64,000 nucleotides of DNA from Eremomyces bilateralis CBS 781.70 (lineage: Eukaryota): the NCBI GenBank assembly GCA_010015585.1, contig ML975166.1. One strand, written 5' to 3'. Each line of letters starts with the position of its first letter. Position 1 is the stretch's first letter. A program made the translations under genes and the position numbers. The notes below the pieces were generated by a model. The model saw nothing but the letters and a program-made list of their open reading frames with translations. It was not told the origin of the DNA and made no database searches. Positions 49,958 through 62,070 of the stretch are shown in pieces.

Positions 49958-50416
49958 GCCAGCAGTTTCGCATCTCCCAGATGCGTCAAACGGAGTACCT
50001 CACACCATCTCTTCTTGAGCAAGAAGTACAGTGGGGGATTCACCAATAGATGAGGAGGTCAAGGACGATAGCCACGCAATATAGAGAGCTTGACGAAGCA
50101 CGAGGGGGTGGAGTCGTGACAGAAGACGAATGCAGGCGTCAAATCACTAAACCCGGACAGTCCGACAGTCCAACAAGTCAGTAGACAATAATAGTCCCTC
50201 AGTCAGTTCACGGTTGGTCCAAGGCAAAGGAGAGTTTGGAGACTGAGGAGGATCAGGGTGTATTCAGGCACAGACGTCGTGGTTCCTGGCGGCTGTTTGC
50301 CGCCGTTGCAGCCAATGAATGGGAGGAGTCGGCGGGTCATGATGGAAGAAGCTTTAGAATCACGTTGCTACTATTGTAATAAGTTATTTTTAGTACTAAT
50401 AGCATATTTACTGTAA

Positions 50417-50439
50417 TCATCTCATCTCATCTCATCTCA
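50417..50439. repeat. (TCATC)4 pentanucleotide repeat in an AT-rich part of the TAO3/CPR divergent intergenic region
   Basis: tcatctcatctcatctcatctca. Confidence 0.75.
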
Positions 50440-52044
50440 AGTTAAATTCCTATAGATTAACTGTAGCACGTGGCTCAATAAATTGCAAGTGACGAGTTGC
50501 AGAGTTAGGTAGGGCTGTAGGAGAACCCAGGTTGATGACTAATCATAAGCTATTTATTATTTTAACCATTTTACTCTCCATTTGGATGCCTCAGGTATTA
50601 AGGCTGCAACTCCGATATCTCTGCGGAGTCGGAGCACCAGACCAACAATTTGCATTCCGATTTCCGAACCTCTGTTCTATCGTGGTGTAATTAGACCGTA
50701 AATAAATGACAACCTGTCTCTAGCATAGTTAGTGTTCATTCTGTATCCCCAGGTTCTTGTGTATTAGAATTTAGAGTGTTGGCCTATTCCAACCCATAGC
50801 AGACATCCGACGTTCGGACATTCCCCGAGATATCACCGCTGGATCGTCCCCCGCAATTGGAGACATCCATCTTCCGGCAACGAAGGCGGCATCGAATAAC
50901 TTAGGTATTCTGTATTCACGATGCGGGACCTCGCCTACTGTCGACTGTCAAGGCCCGAGAGATCAAGCGGCTCCATGCTTAACATCTCTGACTTCGGAAC
51001 CCTTCCGCATGTGCGCCGAGCCGGATCATGTGGGGTTCGCTGCACACCATCCACCCACAGCATCCAGCATGGTCGGACCAAGACTCAGCCCTCAGGAGCA
51101 CACAAGGTTGGAGGAATCGGAAGCCAAGGAGACCGAGTATGGCCGTATGGGCCTATGGGGCTTACACTCTGCCCCTTCAGATGCAGGCGGATATCTTACA
51201 TAAGTTACAATTATGTCGAGCTGGGATGGCGGGCTGGGGACGGAACCGAGGCCAGGGACCAACACTCCAGCATAAAAGGTGGAAGCCAGACAGAAACGAG
51301 AAAAGATCATGCGAGCCCGCCAGGGTCTTCTCCGGTCGTCTTGTGAAACATATGCCTTGGGAAACAGGGAAAGTCGGATCGCTGCTGGAGTTTCGAGGCT
51401 CGAGGTTCGAGGTCTTGAGGAAGACGGGTATGACGAGGAGTAGTATTTAGATTGTAGTGTATTTATTTAGCCATTTGTTCGAGTAGTTATCTCTATTCCT
51501 GTGTTACAGTGTCCACGTATCCACGTATCCAACCTCAGATGAGACAAGCATGGACCCCGAAATCAGCAATACTCTAGTCCGCCCCCCACGATTCAGATCC
51601 TAACTGTTGCCTCACCTACTCACCAGTCCAGGTTGTTAGGTTGCGGTTTGCATGTGTGAACTGTGAACTGTGAAGCGCGTAATACGGAGTGGACGAATCC
51701 CCTGCAACGTAGCGTACCATCGAAATCTTTCGTCAGACAACCACCGGAAGCGCCGTAATAATAATAGCTTATTTCTGCAGATTGCGTTGATAATATTTCC
51801 TGTTCGCTGCGACGCAATCCTCCTGCGGCCTCTCGATACGCCTCCCCCAGATCCTTTCTGACATCTGGCTTCTTGTTCGATTGTCTCCAACGCCGTGGAT
51901 ACTGGTGGGAAATATATCTTTCGGTACGCTGCTTCGCTTTCCTGCACTTTTTACTTTTCTCCTCCCAATCCCCCAATCTCCTCTTCGGTGAACTATCCTT
52001 CATCTCGCCTACTGACATGTGACGTTCCCCTCCAGGCAGACAAG

Positions 52045-54188
52045 ATGACCCAACTCGATACTCTGGACCTCGTGGTCCTCGTCGCTCTTTTCGTCGGTAC
52101 CGTCGCATACTTTACGAAAGGCACCTATTGGTCGAAACCACATGATCCATATGGCGGGTCGCTGGCGCATGCCAACGGCCTCAAGGCCGGGAAGTCGAGG
52201 AACTTCATCGAGAAGATGGACGAGTCTGGGAAGAACTGCATCGTGTTTTACGGGTCACAAACCGGCACCGCCGAAGATTACGCCTCTCGGTTAGCCAAAG
52301 AGGGCGCCGCTCGCTTCGGATTGAAGACAATGGTGGCAGATCTGGAGGACTATGACTTCGAGAACTTGGATCAGTACCCCGAGGACAAGATCGTCTTCTT
52401 CGTGCTCGCCACGTACGGGGAAGGCGAGCCGACAGATAACGCGGTGGAATTCTACGAGTTCGTGAGCAACGAGGATGTCACGTTCAGCAACGGCGCCGCC
52501 GCGGAAGAAAAGCCTTTGTCCAACCTCAATTTCGTGGCCTTCGGCCTGGGAAACAACACGTACGAGCACTACAATTCCATGGTCCGGAACCTTAACACGT
52601 TTTTCGAGCGATTGGGCGGGAATCGCATTGGAGAGGCCGGCGAAGGAGACGACGGCGCGGGAACGATGGAAGAAGATTTCTTGGCCTGGAAGGAACCCAT
52701 GTGGACGGCATTGGCCGCGCACATGAATCTTGAGGAGCGCGAAGCCGTATACGAGCCCGTCTTCGACGTCGTCGATATGCCGAATATGGACGCGGAGGAG
52801 GATACCGTCTACCTTGGCGAGCCGAACAAATACCACTTGGAAGGCGTCCAGAAGGGTCCGCATAACGCGCATAATCCATACATTGCGCCGATTGCGGAGT
52901 CCAAGGAACTCTTCTCTGCTGACGACCGGAACTGCTTGCACATGGAAATCGATGTCGCCGGCTCGGGCATCTCGTACACGACTGGTGACCACATCGCCAT
53001 CTGGCCGACGAACGCTGGGAAGGAGGTCGAGCGGCTTCTCCGGGTCCTGGGCCTGGAGCCGAAACGGCACAGCGTCATCAAAGTCTCCGGTTTGGATCCC
53101 ACCGCGAAGGTCCCTTTCCCCTCTCCTACGACCTACGACGCCGTCGTGCGATACCACATGGAGATCTGCGCCCCCGTCTCCCGTCAAATGGTGTCCACCC
53201 TCGCCGCTTTCTCTCCGACCGACGAAATCAAAGCCGAGATGACCAAAATGGGCGAAGACAAGGACTATTTCCATGCGAAAGTGGCTGATCTTAACGTCAA
53301 CCTCGCACAGCTCCTCGAGATCCTCTCAAACGGCGCTCCGTGGGATAAAGTCCCCTTCTCGCTCATGATCGAAGGCCTCCACAAGATCCAACCGCGATAC
53401 TACTCCATTTCTTCCTCCTCGGTGGTCCAGCCGGGGAAAATCGCCATCACCGCTATCGTCGAGTCCATCGAGAGGCCCGGCGCTCCCCATATCGTCAAGG
53501 GCGTCACGACCAACTACCTCCTGGCGCTCAAGCAAAAGCAACACGGCGACCCCAACCCGGATCCGCACGGATTGAAATACGCGCTGACCGGTCCCCGCAA
53601 CAAATACGACGGCGTCCACGTCCCCGTGCACGTCCGACATTCCAACTTCAAGCTCCCGTCCGATCCGAAGAAGCCCATCATCATGGTCGGGCCCGGGACG
53701 GGGGTCGCGCCGTTCCGAGCGTTCGTCCAAGAGCGCGCGGCGCAGGCGGAGAAGGGCGAGGAAGTTGGTCGGACAATCCTGTTCTACGGGTGCCGAAGAC
53801 GGCAGGAAGACTTCCTGTACGAGAAAGAATGGGAGGTATGTTGCTCGCTCGCTATCATAGCTGTTCCCAGGATTCACTGACTTCCGCGTAGACACACAAA
53901 GAAACCCTCGGCGACAAGTTCCACTGTCACGTCGCCTTCTCCCGCGAAGGCCCGAATAAAGTATACGTGCAGCACAAGGTCCAGGAATATGCCGACGAGA
54001 TCAACACGCTGCTCGAGCAGAAGGCGTACTTCTACGTCTGCGGCGACGCGGCGAGCATGGCCCGGGAAGTCAACGCGCTGCTCATCAAGATCATCGCCGA
54101 GAAGCGCGGCGTGTCCGAAGCGAAGGCCGAGGAGATTGTGAAGTCGATGCGGGCGAGTAATCAGTATCAAGAGGACGTGTGGTCATAG
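52045..54188 (+). CDS. cprA: NADPH-cytochrome P450 reductase
   Basis: N-terminal anchor MTQLDTLDLVVLVALF; FYGSQTGTAEDYA, ATYGEGEPTDNA, PRYYSISSS, MVGPGTGVAPFRAF, C-terminal YQEDVWS; 5'-UTR intron 51924-52035; intron ~53836-53891. Confidence 0.95.
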
Positions 54189-54782
54189 ACGATGGCGACG
54201 GATGTATTGCGGATGACGGGAGGAGCGGATAAGTAGACGATGATTTGATGCATGGCAATTTGGAGCCGCCGGTGGAATTTGGGTTTTACGTTCTTATTGA
54301 ATAGGGGTTCACGCTACTCCTGGTATCTACCACTCAGCTTTGGCTGTTTCCTGTCGATTGATAGCGTCTAGGCGCCTCCGTCGCGACATGCACCACGGCG
54401 GCTGTATATAGATGAATACATCTTTCTTTATGAATTCGCTCACCGACCTCTCAGCGAAGGATCGTATGCTATGATGGCCAGAAAAAGTAAAAAAGGGAAA
54501 CGGACTTGTCGGAAGCATGACTTGAGTACCCCCTACAGATCTACATTGGTCTGCTCCCTCATCAAAAACGGTCCAAAACCGATATCTTCAATCAGATCAA
54601 TGCCCGAATACTATTCTCGGTACAGTATATCACTATAGGATACACATTATCCATTATGATACAAGCAAATCCTTCCTACAACGCTCAGAATGCAGCACAA
54701 GGGCAATCCAACACTGGTGTCGAGAGCAGCGCTGAGTCATCCCTAAACGCCTAAAATGCAAACCCATAAAACTTATGACCCT

Positions 54783-56852
54783 TCATGTAGCAGATCGTAC
54801 CGGGTGATGACTTCCTGGACCGTTCAGCCCAAGCTTATCGATCGTGACACCGAAGCCGTTGAGCAGCTCCAGTTCCAGAGGAGCCACGATCTCATTGTAC
54901 ACCGCTTCTCTGAAGTCATCATTCTCAAGATCCATCTCCTCGGTATCAAACTGTTGAAAGTAGTCCTGGCAATTTAGACAAGCGTCGATGGCTTGATGGA
55001 AACCTTCGTAGACGTCATCCTGTTGTTCGCCGAAGAGTCGCAGAGCCGTGAGTAAATCGGAATTGACATGTTCTTGCTTTTCCGCCGTGAGATCGTCATT
55101 CTCCCGCTTCGACTCAATCCCAGCTTGTTGCTCGATCTCAAGCAGCAATACTCCCAAGGCTAAAACACTCGGGTTGGGGTGCAAGCGGTACATCGCCTCG
55201 GCGGGATCTTCCCGGTCCTGAATGGGCTGAAAATCAGTGGTGACATACGGCCGGATGAGATCCACGTCGTCCTTGCTTTTGTAGAAAAACGAGATATGAT
55301 GTTTGTTCCAACTACTCCTTGTCCCGTGTCTCATCCATGGCGAGTCGCAAAAGTGCAGCAACGAATGGGCAAGAATCACAGCAAGGATCCGCTTCTCCTT
55401 CAGCTTCAGCTTCCGCTTGCCGTCAAGCAGTGCTGCCAGTGAGACGTCTGGCAGCGACCCTTCCACACATAGCCGTTTCTCGCTAGGGCGAGTGATGTGC
55501 CAGATCTGAGTGCCGTCATACAGCATCCGTGGACAACACTTTTGCTCGCCCGCGGCACGAATGATTTTGCAGAACTCGTCTGGATCCGAGACTTGCTCCT
55601 TAGTGAGAGGAGGGGCAGATGCTCTTCGGGGGTAGGCAAGAGGCCGCTGAGTTGTCCACGTATCAGGATCGGGATATGTTGTCCGCCGTGGACGCGTACC
55701 CGTGGGAGTGCGAGTCCCTGAGGTATCCGAGTCCATCGTACTTGCTCGACCCATGAATTCCTCGATGACGGACGGAGTAGTCGGCGATGCCGCAACGGAG
55801 TCTTCATCTTCTATAATGAAGCGGACATTAGATGTCTTCTTGGTCGATTCGTTCGCCAAGGCGACGACCATCTTGCTCTCCAGCCATGTTTGATATTGTG
55901 CGGTTGCCTGGGCGCGGATCGACATCAGCATGTCGAAATATACCTCCTGCGACGCTTTGGATGGAGTATTATCCTGGCATTTGAGTAAGCAAAATCGAGC
56001 CTCATGCCCGTGAGGGCATGAGCAGGGCCAGAGGCCACCCATCGTAGAGTACAGCGCATGCATCAACGGACGCAGTTCCATGTGCGGCGTGCTGGTACTC
56101 TCTGGTCGGGCCTGGTTCGCCTTGGTCTTCTCGTATGTCGCCGACGAACGCTGTAGAAGAGAGTCCAGCCTCTCGTTGCACTTCTCGATTCGATCGAGAT
56201 AGGCATTTCGCTTTTCTTCTCTAATGACAAACTTCAGACGGTCCAAGAAGCGGCTGTGCTCTGGGCTTTTGTCGGCTTTGAATTGCTCCCGCAGCGCCAG
56301 GAGTTTCGCGTACGACGTTCGGGGGGTTTGCTGGGACCCATATTATCAGCACGAGCTCCAAACCGATATCCCGGTCCATGGACCACCGAACAACAACAAC
56401 AACAACAAACAACGAGGACGATGGTCGAATCTTACAATTTCATTTAGACTGGTCTCGATGTCGAGGGTGTCGTCCTTCACCAATTTTCCTAAGTTACGTA
56501 AAATCTCGTCCAAAGCCTCGCGAAATGCGTCGAACCCGAGCCCCAAACGCGACCGCAAGGCTCTCACCACCGCCTCTTCTTGCCAATACGATGGGTCTTG
56601 CTCATCGCTCAGGAGCCTCGTCCGATGCGCTTCTGGAAGAACGTAGAGGTCATGGATGAGACTTTGGATAGTGATATTGAGCATTGAAACCTCATAGTGT
56701 AGGTTGCTGAAGAACGTCGCAAGCTTGATGCTTTTTCTCCTGTGTAGGAAGACTGTCCGCGTGGGATCTAACAGTTTGGAATGATATTCCGAGGCCACTA
56801 AAATAACGGGCACAACCGCCAACACAAGACCAGCAAGTTCGACTCCAGACAT
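54783..56852 (-). CDS. ~654-aa protein: HeLo-like N-terminal helical domain + DUF7580-like degenerate kinase-like C-terminal domain
   Basis: N-terminus MSGVELAGLVLAVVPVIL; C-terminal KRILAVILAHSLLHFCDSPW...HISFF...PYV...HPNPSVLALGVLLLEI...YEGFHQAIDACL...FREAVYNEIVAPLE; intron 56331-56435. Confidence 0.65.
56389..56412. repeat. (AAC)n microsatellite within the intron of the DUF7580-like gene
   Basis: aacaacaacaacaacaacaaacaa. Confidence 0.8.
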
Positions 56853-57267
56853 GATGAAGACATGGATTTTACCTGCTTGTCTCGATGAATTTGTGAGGTT
56901 TGAACCAAAGGTTGGCGAACATACGGAACGGCTCGCTGATGGAGGCTATCTTATACAAGCACATGTTCTTCCTGACTTCTGCGTCTACAAGTTCAAAATT
57001 CAGCCTCGCAGATCCATATCTCCTTTGGGTTTCCGGTGTGATAAATGAGGCTGCATTAATTCCGGTTGCCTTCTGTACTGCCCCATTGATGTCCAACAAG
57101 CTGCTCACGCAATGCAGCCAGCTCCATAAAGCCCTAATCATATCATGATTGTCCAGGGATGAAGGCTGGGCAGCGTTTGTATATACATCCGACATGTCGC
57201 AAAGCTGACGATGTTCGAACATCCAACAGCCTCGCGTTGATCTATCTTGCAACACTAACGAGGCACG

Positions 57268-60200
57268 ATGGAACAGCATCTCCAAATTTCGACGGTGGCA
57301 GAGAACTGCAGAAATGCTTTCGGAGCGTGTATTGAAGCAGCACTGGCCGATGCGACTGATGAGGAGAGGACACAGCTCGGGTTGGCTGTGGAAGAACAAA
57401 GTCAGCGCTTCAATATTTGGACGGGAAATATTGGGGTATTTGCCGATCCAAAAGCCTCCCTTGATTTCCGTCTTCGCGGCAGTGAGCCTGTTCATCGACT
57501 GGTGATTTCGCAGCTTAGGATTCTCCTTACATTTCTTCAAGGACTGAATAGTGCATTGACACCAAGTAAGTATCAGCACCTACCTTATCTAATCAGATGC
57601 GACATTCCGTTCCGAGTCTGACATGAATCTAGACAACCCTGATCACGATATTGGGAAGGATCGGACTGATACCGACGAGTTCAAGGAATCCGACTTCGGG
57701 ACTGACACGGAATCTGCTTCGACTGACTCGTCTTTGGTTCGCGCTTGTTCCCCATCTCCAGCCATTCCCCACGCTGCTCAGCAGTTGATCACTGCCCGTG
57801 AAGCAATTGGAAGGCTCCACAGACTTGCGCGAGCGATCCGAAGGCCCGGTCTCCTATCTCGGAACTCTAAAGCAGACAAATTTATTATTCTTGATTCGTT
57901 CGGAAACGATGAGATCCAGGCCTTCGAGGACTTTGTTTGGCAGTGGGTCGGCCTTCGATTTAAAGATACTAGTCCAGCGCTCCGCCGCCGCTTGACCCAA
58001 GTCAACGCGATCCGGCGAAGGCGTTTCCTGTATCTGGTCGAGCATCAGAAGCATCTCCGCGGGAAGAAATTTGACTTCCTACGGCTCGCACTCTCTGGTT
58101 CTCCTCCCGGGAGTCAGTATGCGGCAAGCGCGAGAATAAGTACGACGGCCAGATCCAAGCCTCCAGAGCCAAATATCGATCTCCAAGTGCCAGCGATCCT
58201 CCAACGGGATGCCATCGATACAGCCCCCGGACTGGGCGATGCGACGACCTTCGTGGGATCCAATGTTCAAACGGAAGCTTCCTCTATGTTCACTCCATCA
58301 TCGCCATCGTCCGTAGGGAGCGTCTTTGATAAACTTTGCATCCCTCCTCCGCCTAAGATTCCCCAAGGCAGGCCCGAGTTTGAGTGTCCCTATTGCTTTC
58401 AGATGCTGCCAGCAGATCACGGGCTCAGTCGAAAGAAATGGAGGTTAGTGAGGGCGTTAGATAACGGATGCACGTCCCCGTGGAGTGGTAAACTTGATCT
58501 AACATGGCACCAGGAAACATCTTATGAGAGATTTGGAGCCATACGTATGCTTTGCAGAAAGCTGCTCGGACCCCAATCATCCCTTTCGTGATCGCCATGA
58601 GTGGGTCGACCACATGCGAAAGCACAATATTCAATGGCGGTGCCGACAGCCTGGCCATGAGCCAATGACATTTCACGCGGAGCAAGACTTCAATTCGCAT
58701 TTGGAGATCGAACATCAACATCTGTTGAAGAACCCAACTTTGTTTCAATACGCCAAACGAAACAGCGTCGTCACCACGAACAGTGTGTTCTCACAATGTC
58801 CTTTATGTCCGTTCAGAGCAGCTCCCGACCCGCCAGTTGGCCGAGTGATGGACCGCATGCGCAGGATCCCCTCCGAGACGAAAACGGGATTGTCCGCGTC
58901 AACTCTGAACATGCAGAGGCATATCGCGTCCCATTTTCAGTCGATCGCGATCCTGTCACTTCCTTGGCGTGACGATGTGGACGAGCAGATCCACAGCGAC
59001 CGGCCTGGAACCCGAGAGTCCGACAGCGACTTTGGGAGCGGTTCTGCACCTAATCTATCCGATACAGAAGACCTTGGTTCTGCGTTGGTTGGTCTTGAAG
59101 ACATGGAAGAAGAACTCCAGTTCGATGATCCATGGACCCCCTTGGATGTTACTAATCCTGAAGAGTGGACGTTCATTCCGAGGACCTCCTACAATGGCCA
59201 CGATGCAGACCCGGTTCTGCTTAACTTCACGAAGAGGTTCCTAATCGAATCGCAGTTCGGCGATGGGACTGCAGTGGATCCAATCCTCCCTTGCAAATAC
59301 ATACCCTTCAATAATCGAAACACTGACTTCTTTGGGCGAGCTGACGTTCTGAACACTCTGGTAGAAGCGCTTCGCCCCCCAGGAGTGGCTCCGCAAAAGT
59401 TGGAGATCATGGATCCTACCGCTCCCAATCGGAGCTTTTCTACCAACAGCGGAGGCAGTGGAAGCAACCCCCCAGGGAGTGTCCAGCAGTCGGACTCACT
59501 CTTGACTCCCTCATCAGCTCTCGTTCCGGACGAAGTTCTGTCATCATCTTCTACGTCTTCATCGGAAGCAGACTTGGAAGCGGACTTGAAAGCGGACTTG
59601 AGGAATGGTGAGAAGCTTCGCACTTTTGCCTTATTTGGACCCGGCGGAATAGGGAAGTCACAAGTGGCTGGCGAATTCGTCTGCCGATACTTCGAAAAAT
59701 ATGACGCTATTTTCTGGGTGCATGCCGATGAGCAAAACAAACTGACGGAGGAATACTCTCGGATCGCCATCCAGCTTGGCCTCGTGCCAGAAGTGGTAGC
59801 TGATGGTAGGGATCGAGCCTTGACCCGTGATCTTCTCAAAGCATGGCTGGCAAATCCGGTGAAGAGCTTTACAGACCCCTCCAAAGGAAAGGCACGATGG
59901 TTGTTGGTTCTGGACCATGTGATTGACCCCGAATTGCTTCGGGATTTCTGGCCAACGGACGCGACGAACGGATCAATTCTCCTGACTAGCCGAAGAGTGC
60001 TGCCTTGGGATCAGACGTATTATCCCGGACTCACCCTCAAGCCCTTCACTGCCGAAGAAGGAGCCGATTTTATTACCCATCTCATGGAAGGACCCATCTC
60101 CAGCCAAGAACGGCAGTGCGCCAAACTCATTGCGAACAGCGTCAATGGGATTCCATTGGCATTAAAACACCTGACCAAGATTGTTCAGCAAGAAGAATGG

Positions 60201-62070
60201 AGTTTCGAGGACTTGATCAAGTTTGATAGCGACCCTCAAGAACGGAAAAAGGTCCAGATACACGGCGAGTTGGGGCGATTCCTGGCCGACCATTCATTTT
60301 TGAAATGGGCATTCGAGAAAGTGAAGCCTAGTCGAGCGCTGCTGGATGTGCTTTCATTTTTTGATCCTGATGGAATTCCAGAGCGATTGATAGTCACCGG
60401 GGCAGGAAAGGTGGAGCTCGCGAACTTCCCGGGGTCGGGCAGCGATTGCCAAAATGCAATTTCGGCGTTAAGGAAGTATTCCCTCGTGCAGCGCAACAAG
60501 GTTGACCGATCGAAGCTGTTGATGCACCGGATCTTTCAAGAGGCGGTCCGGAGACAAATGAGCCAGGAATACTATCGGCAGGTATTCAATGCCAGCGTAA
60601 AGATCATCTCCTTAGCCTGGTATGTATTTCCACGAGTCATCACGGTACATACTAACCCAGGGACAGGCCCTTTCGTGCATTTTCGTGGGGACACAGCATT
60701 CGATGGTGGCCGGAATGCGAAATCCTGCTGCCTCACATCATTCGAATGCGATCATGGGCAACTTATATTGCTACAATGGAAGAGGATATCAGCGGAGCTT
60801 ATGAGTACGCACGCCTGAGCTGCAAAGCAGGATGGTATGTCCCTGAGAGAGACTTCGCCATGGACTTTTCACTGAGCGATCATTGCAGGTACTGCCACGA
60901 GCGCGGTCAGCCCCTTGCCGAGATGTTTTGTAACCTTGCGCAAACCATCTGCGAGTCCCTGAAGTCATTCTACCCCCTTTCGGAGGGCCAACAGAAAAAC
61001 GCGAGCCCAAAAGAATGTGACATTGATACCATCCTCGCTGAAATTCACCACAATCGGGGCGTCATCGCCGTGGAGATGAACCGACCCGAAGAGGCACTCA
61101 ACCACTTGACAAAGTTCAATGACATGATGAAGAAGGAGCTTGATGGTCGTTCCCAGGGTAAAGACATGCGATTTGCCATTTCCTGGAATGTAAGTGGTGC
61201 GCGTCATATGGATGTATTCATGCTGAATGCTTGATAGCAACTCGGAGTGGCGTACATGGTGAACGACAATATTGAAAAGGGTGAAGAATGCTTCATCAAG
61301 TCGATAAAAACCATGAAACAGCTGGAAAACTACCGGCCATATCTCATCTCACTCCCGGTAGGCAAACCCTAGAAGACGTGGTGATGTTGATTGACACTAA
61401 TATATATGTCTAGCTAGTCAACCTTGCACTGGTGTATTGGCTTACCAACCGACGAGATGATGCCCTTATCGCTTTGAACGAGGGCGTGGAGGCTCGATCA
61501 CGGTTTTTTGGTCCGAACGACCGTGAATCATTCATGTAAGACCACTATGGATCTTTGCTGCACCACTTACCTAATAAGCCTTAGCACGGGGAGATTCCTG
61601 CACGCCATCGGCAACGTCAAAGAATCTCAAGGGTTCCTCGACCAAAGCCTAGACTATCATCAGCAAGCACTTGATCACTATCTCCTTACCCTTGGAAGAA
61701 ACCACCATCGAACAGCCGACGTTCGAGTCCGAATCGCAAAGCACTGTCTTCGGCAAATCAATGCAGCTGAAGCCCTGTATGTGGGACCATTACTTATCGT
61801 CGCATCTCTTGACTGACATTGTCTTTTAGCGTCGGGCTACAAAAAGCTCTAGCTGCATATGGCACCGACACAATTTATAGTCCCGAACGAGCTCGAGCCA
61901 AATTCATGGTCAGCCAAGCATTGAGGATACAAGGACAGTTGGAGGAAGCAGACTTGGCCGCACAGGAGAGCTACAGTTTGTATTTGACGTGTCGGCCGAA
62001 AGAGGCGAGGTCATTTGGACAACTGACCGAAGAAGACTTTGAGAAAGCGATTGTGTTCTGGTCGAGGTAA
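57268..62070 (+). CDS. Fungal NLR (STAND): N-terminal helical domain + C2H2 zinc fingers, NB-ARC, winged helix, TPR repeats; 9 exons
   Basis: RFNIWTGNIGVFA..SLDFRLR; FECPYC..W/RKHLMRDLEPYVC..C..F..R.EWVDHM; RNTDFFGR; Walker A GPGGIGKS; WLLVLDHV; ILLTSR; GIPLAL; MHRIFQ; TPR-like helices (LAEIHHNRG, FLHAIGNV); 8 canonical introns. Confidence 0.85.

Noticed and set aside
50921..51450. Overlapping ~140-aa ORFs upstream of CPR
   Set aside because: Random-looking composition in a long promoter region; short tandem motifs nearby (TCGAGG, TCCACGTA, TGTGAAC) are simple slippage repeats
17965..53895. Numerous long antisense ORFs over NOP4, PhoD, NUP49, BIO2, TAO3 and CPR
   Set aside because: Expected shadows of GC-rich codon usage on the real strand
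56869..57579. 236-aa minus-strand ORF overlapping the NLR first exon and the shared promoter
   Set aside because: Antisense shadow of NLR exon 1, with no motifs
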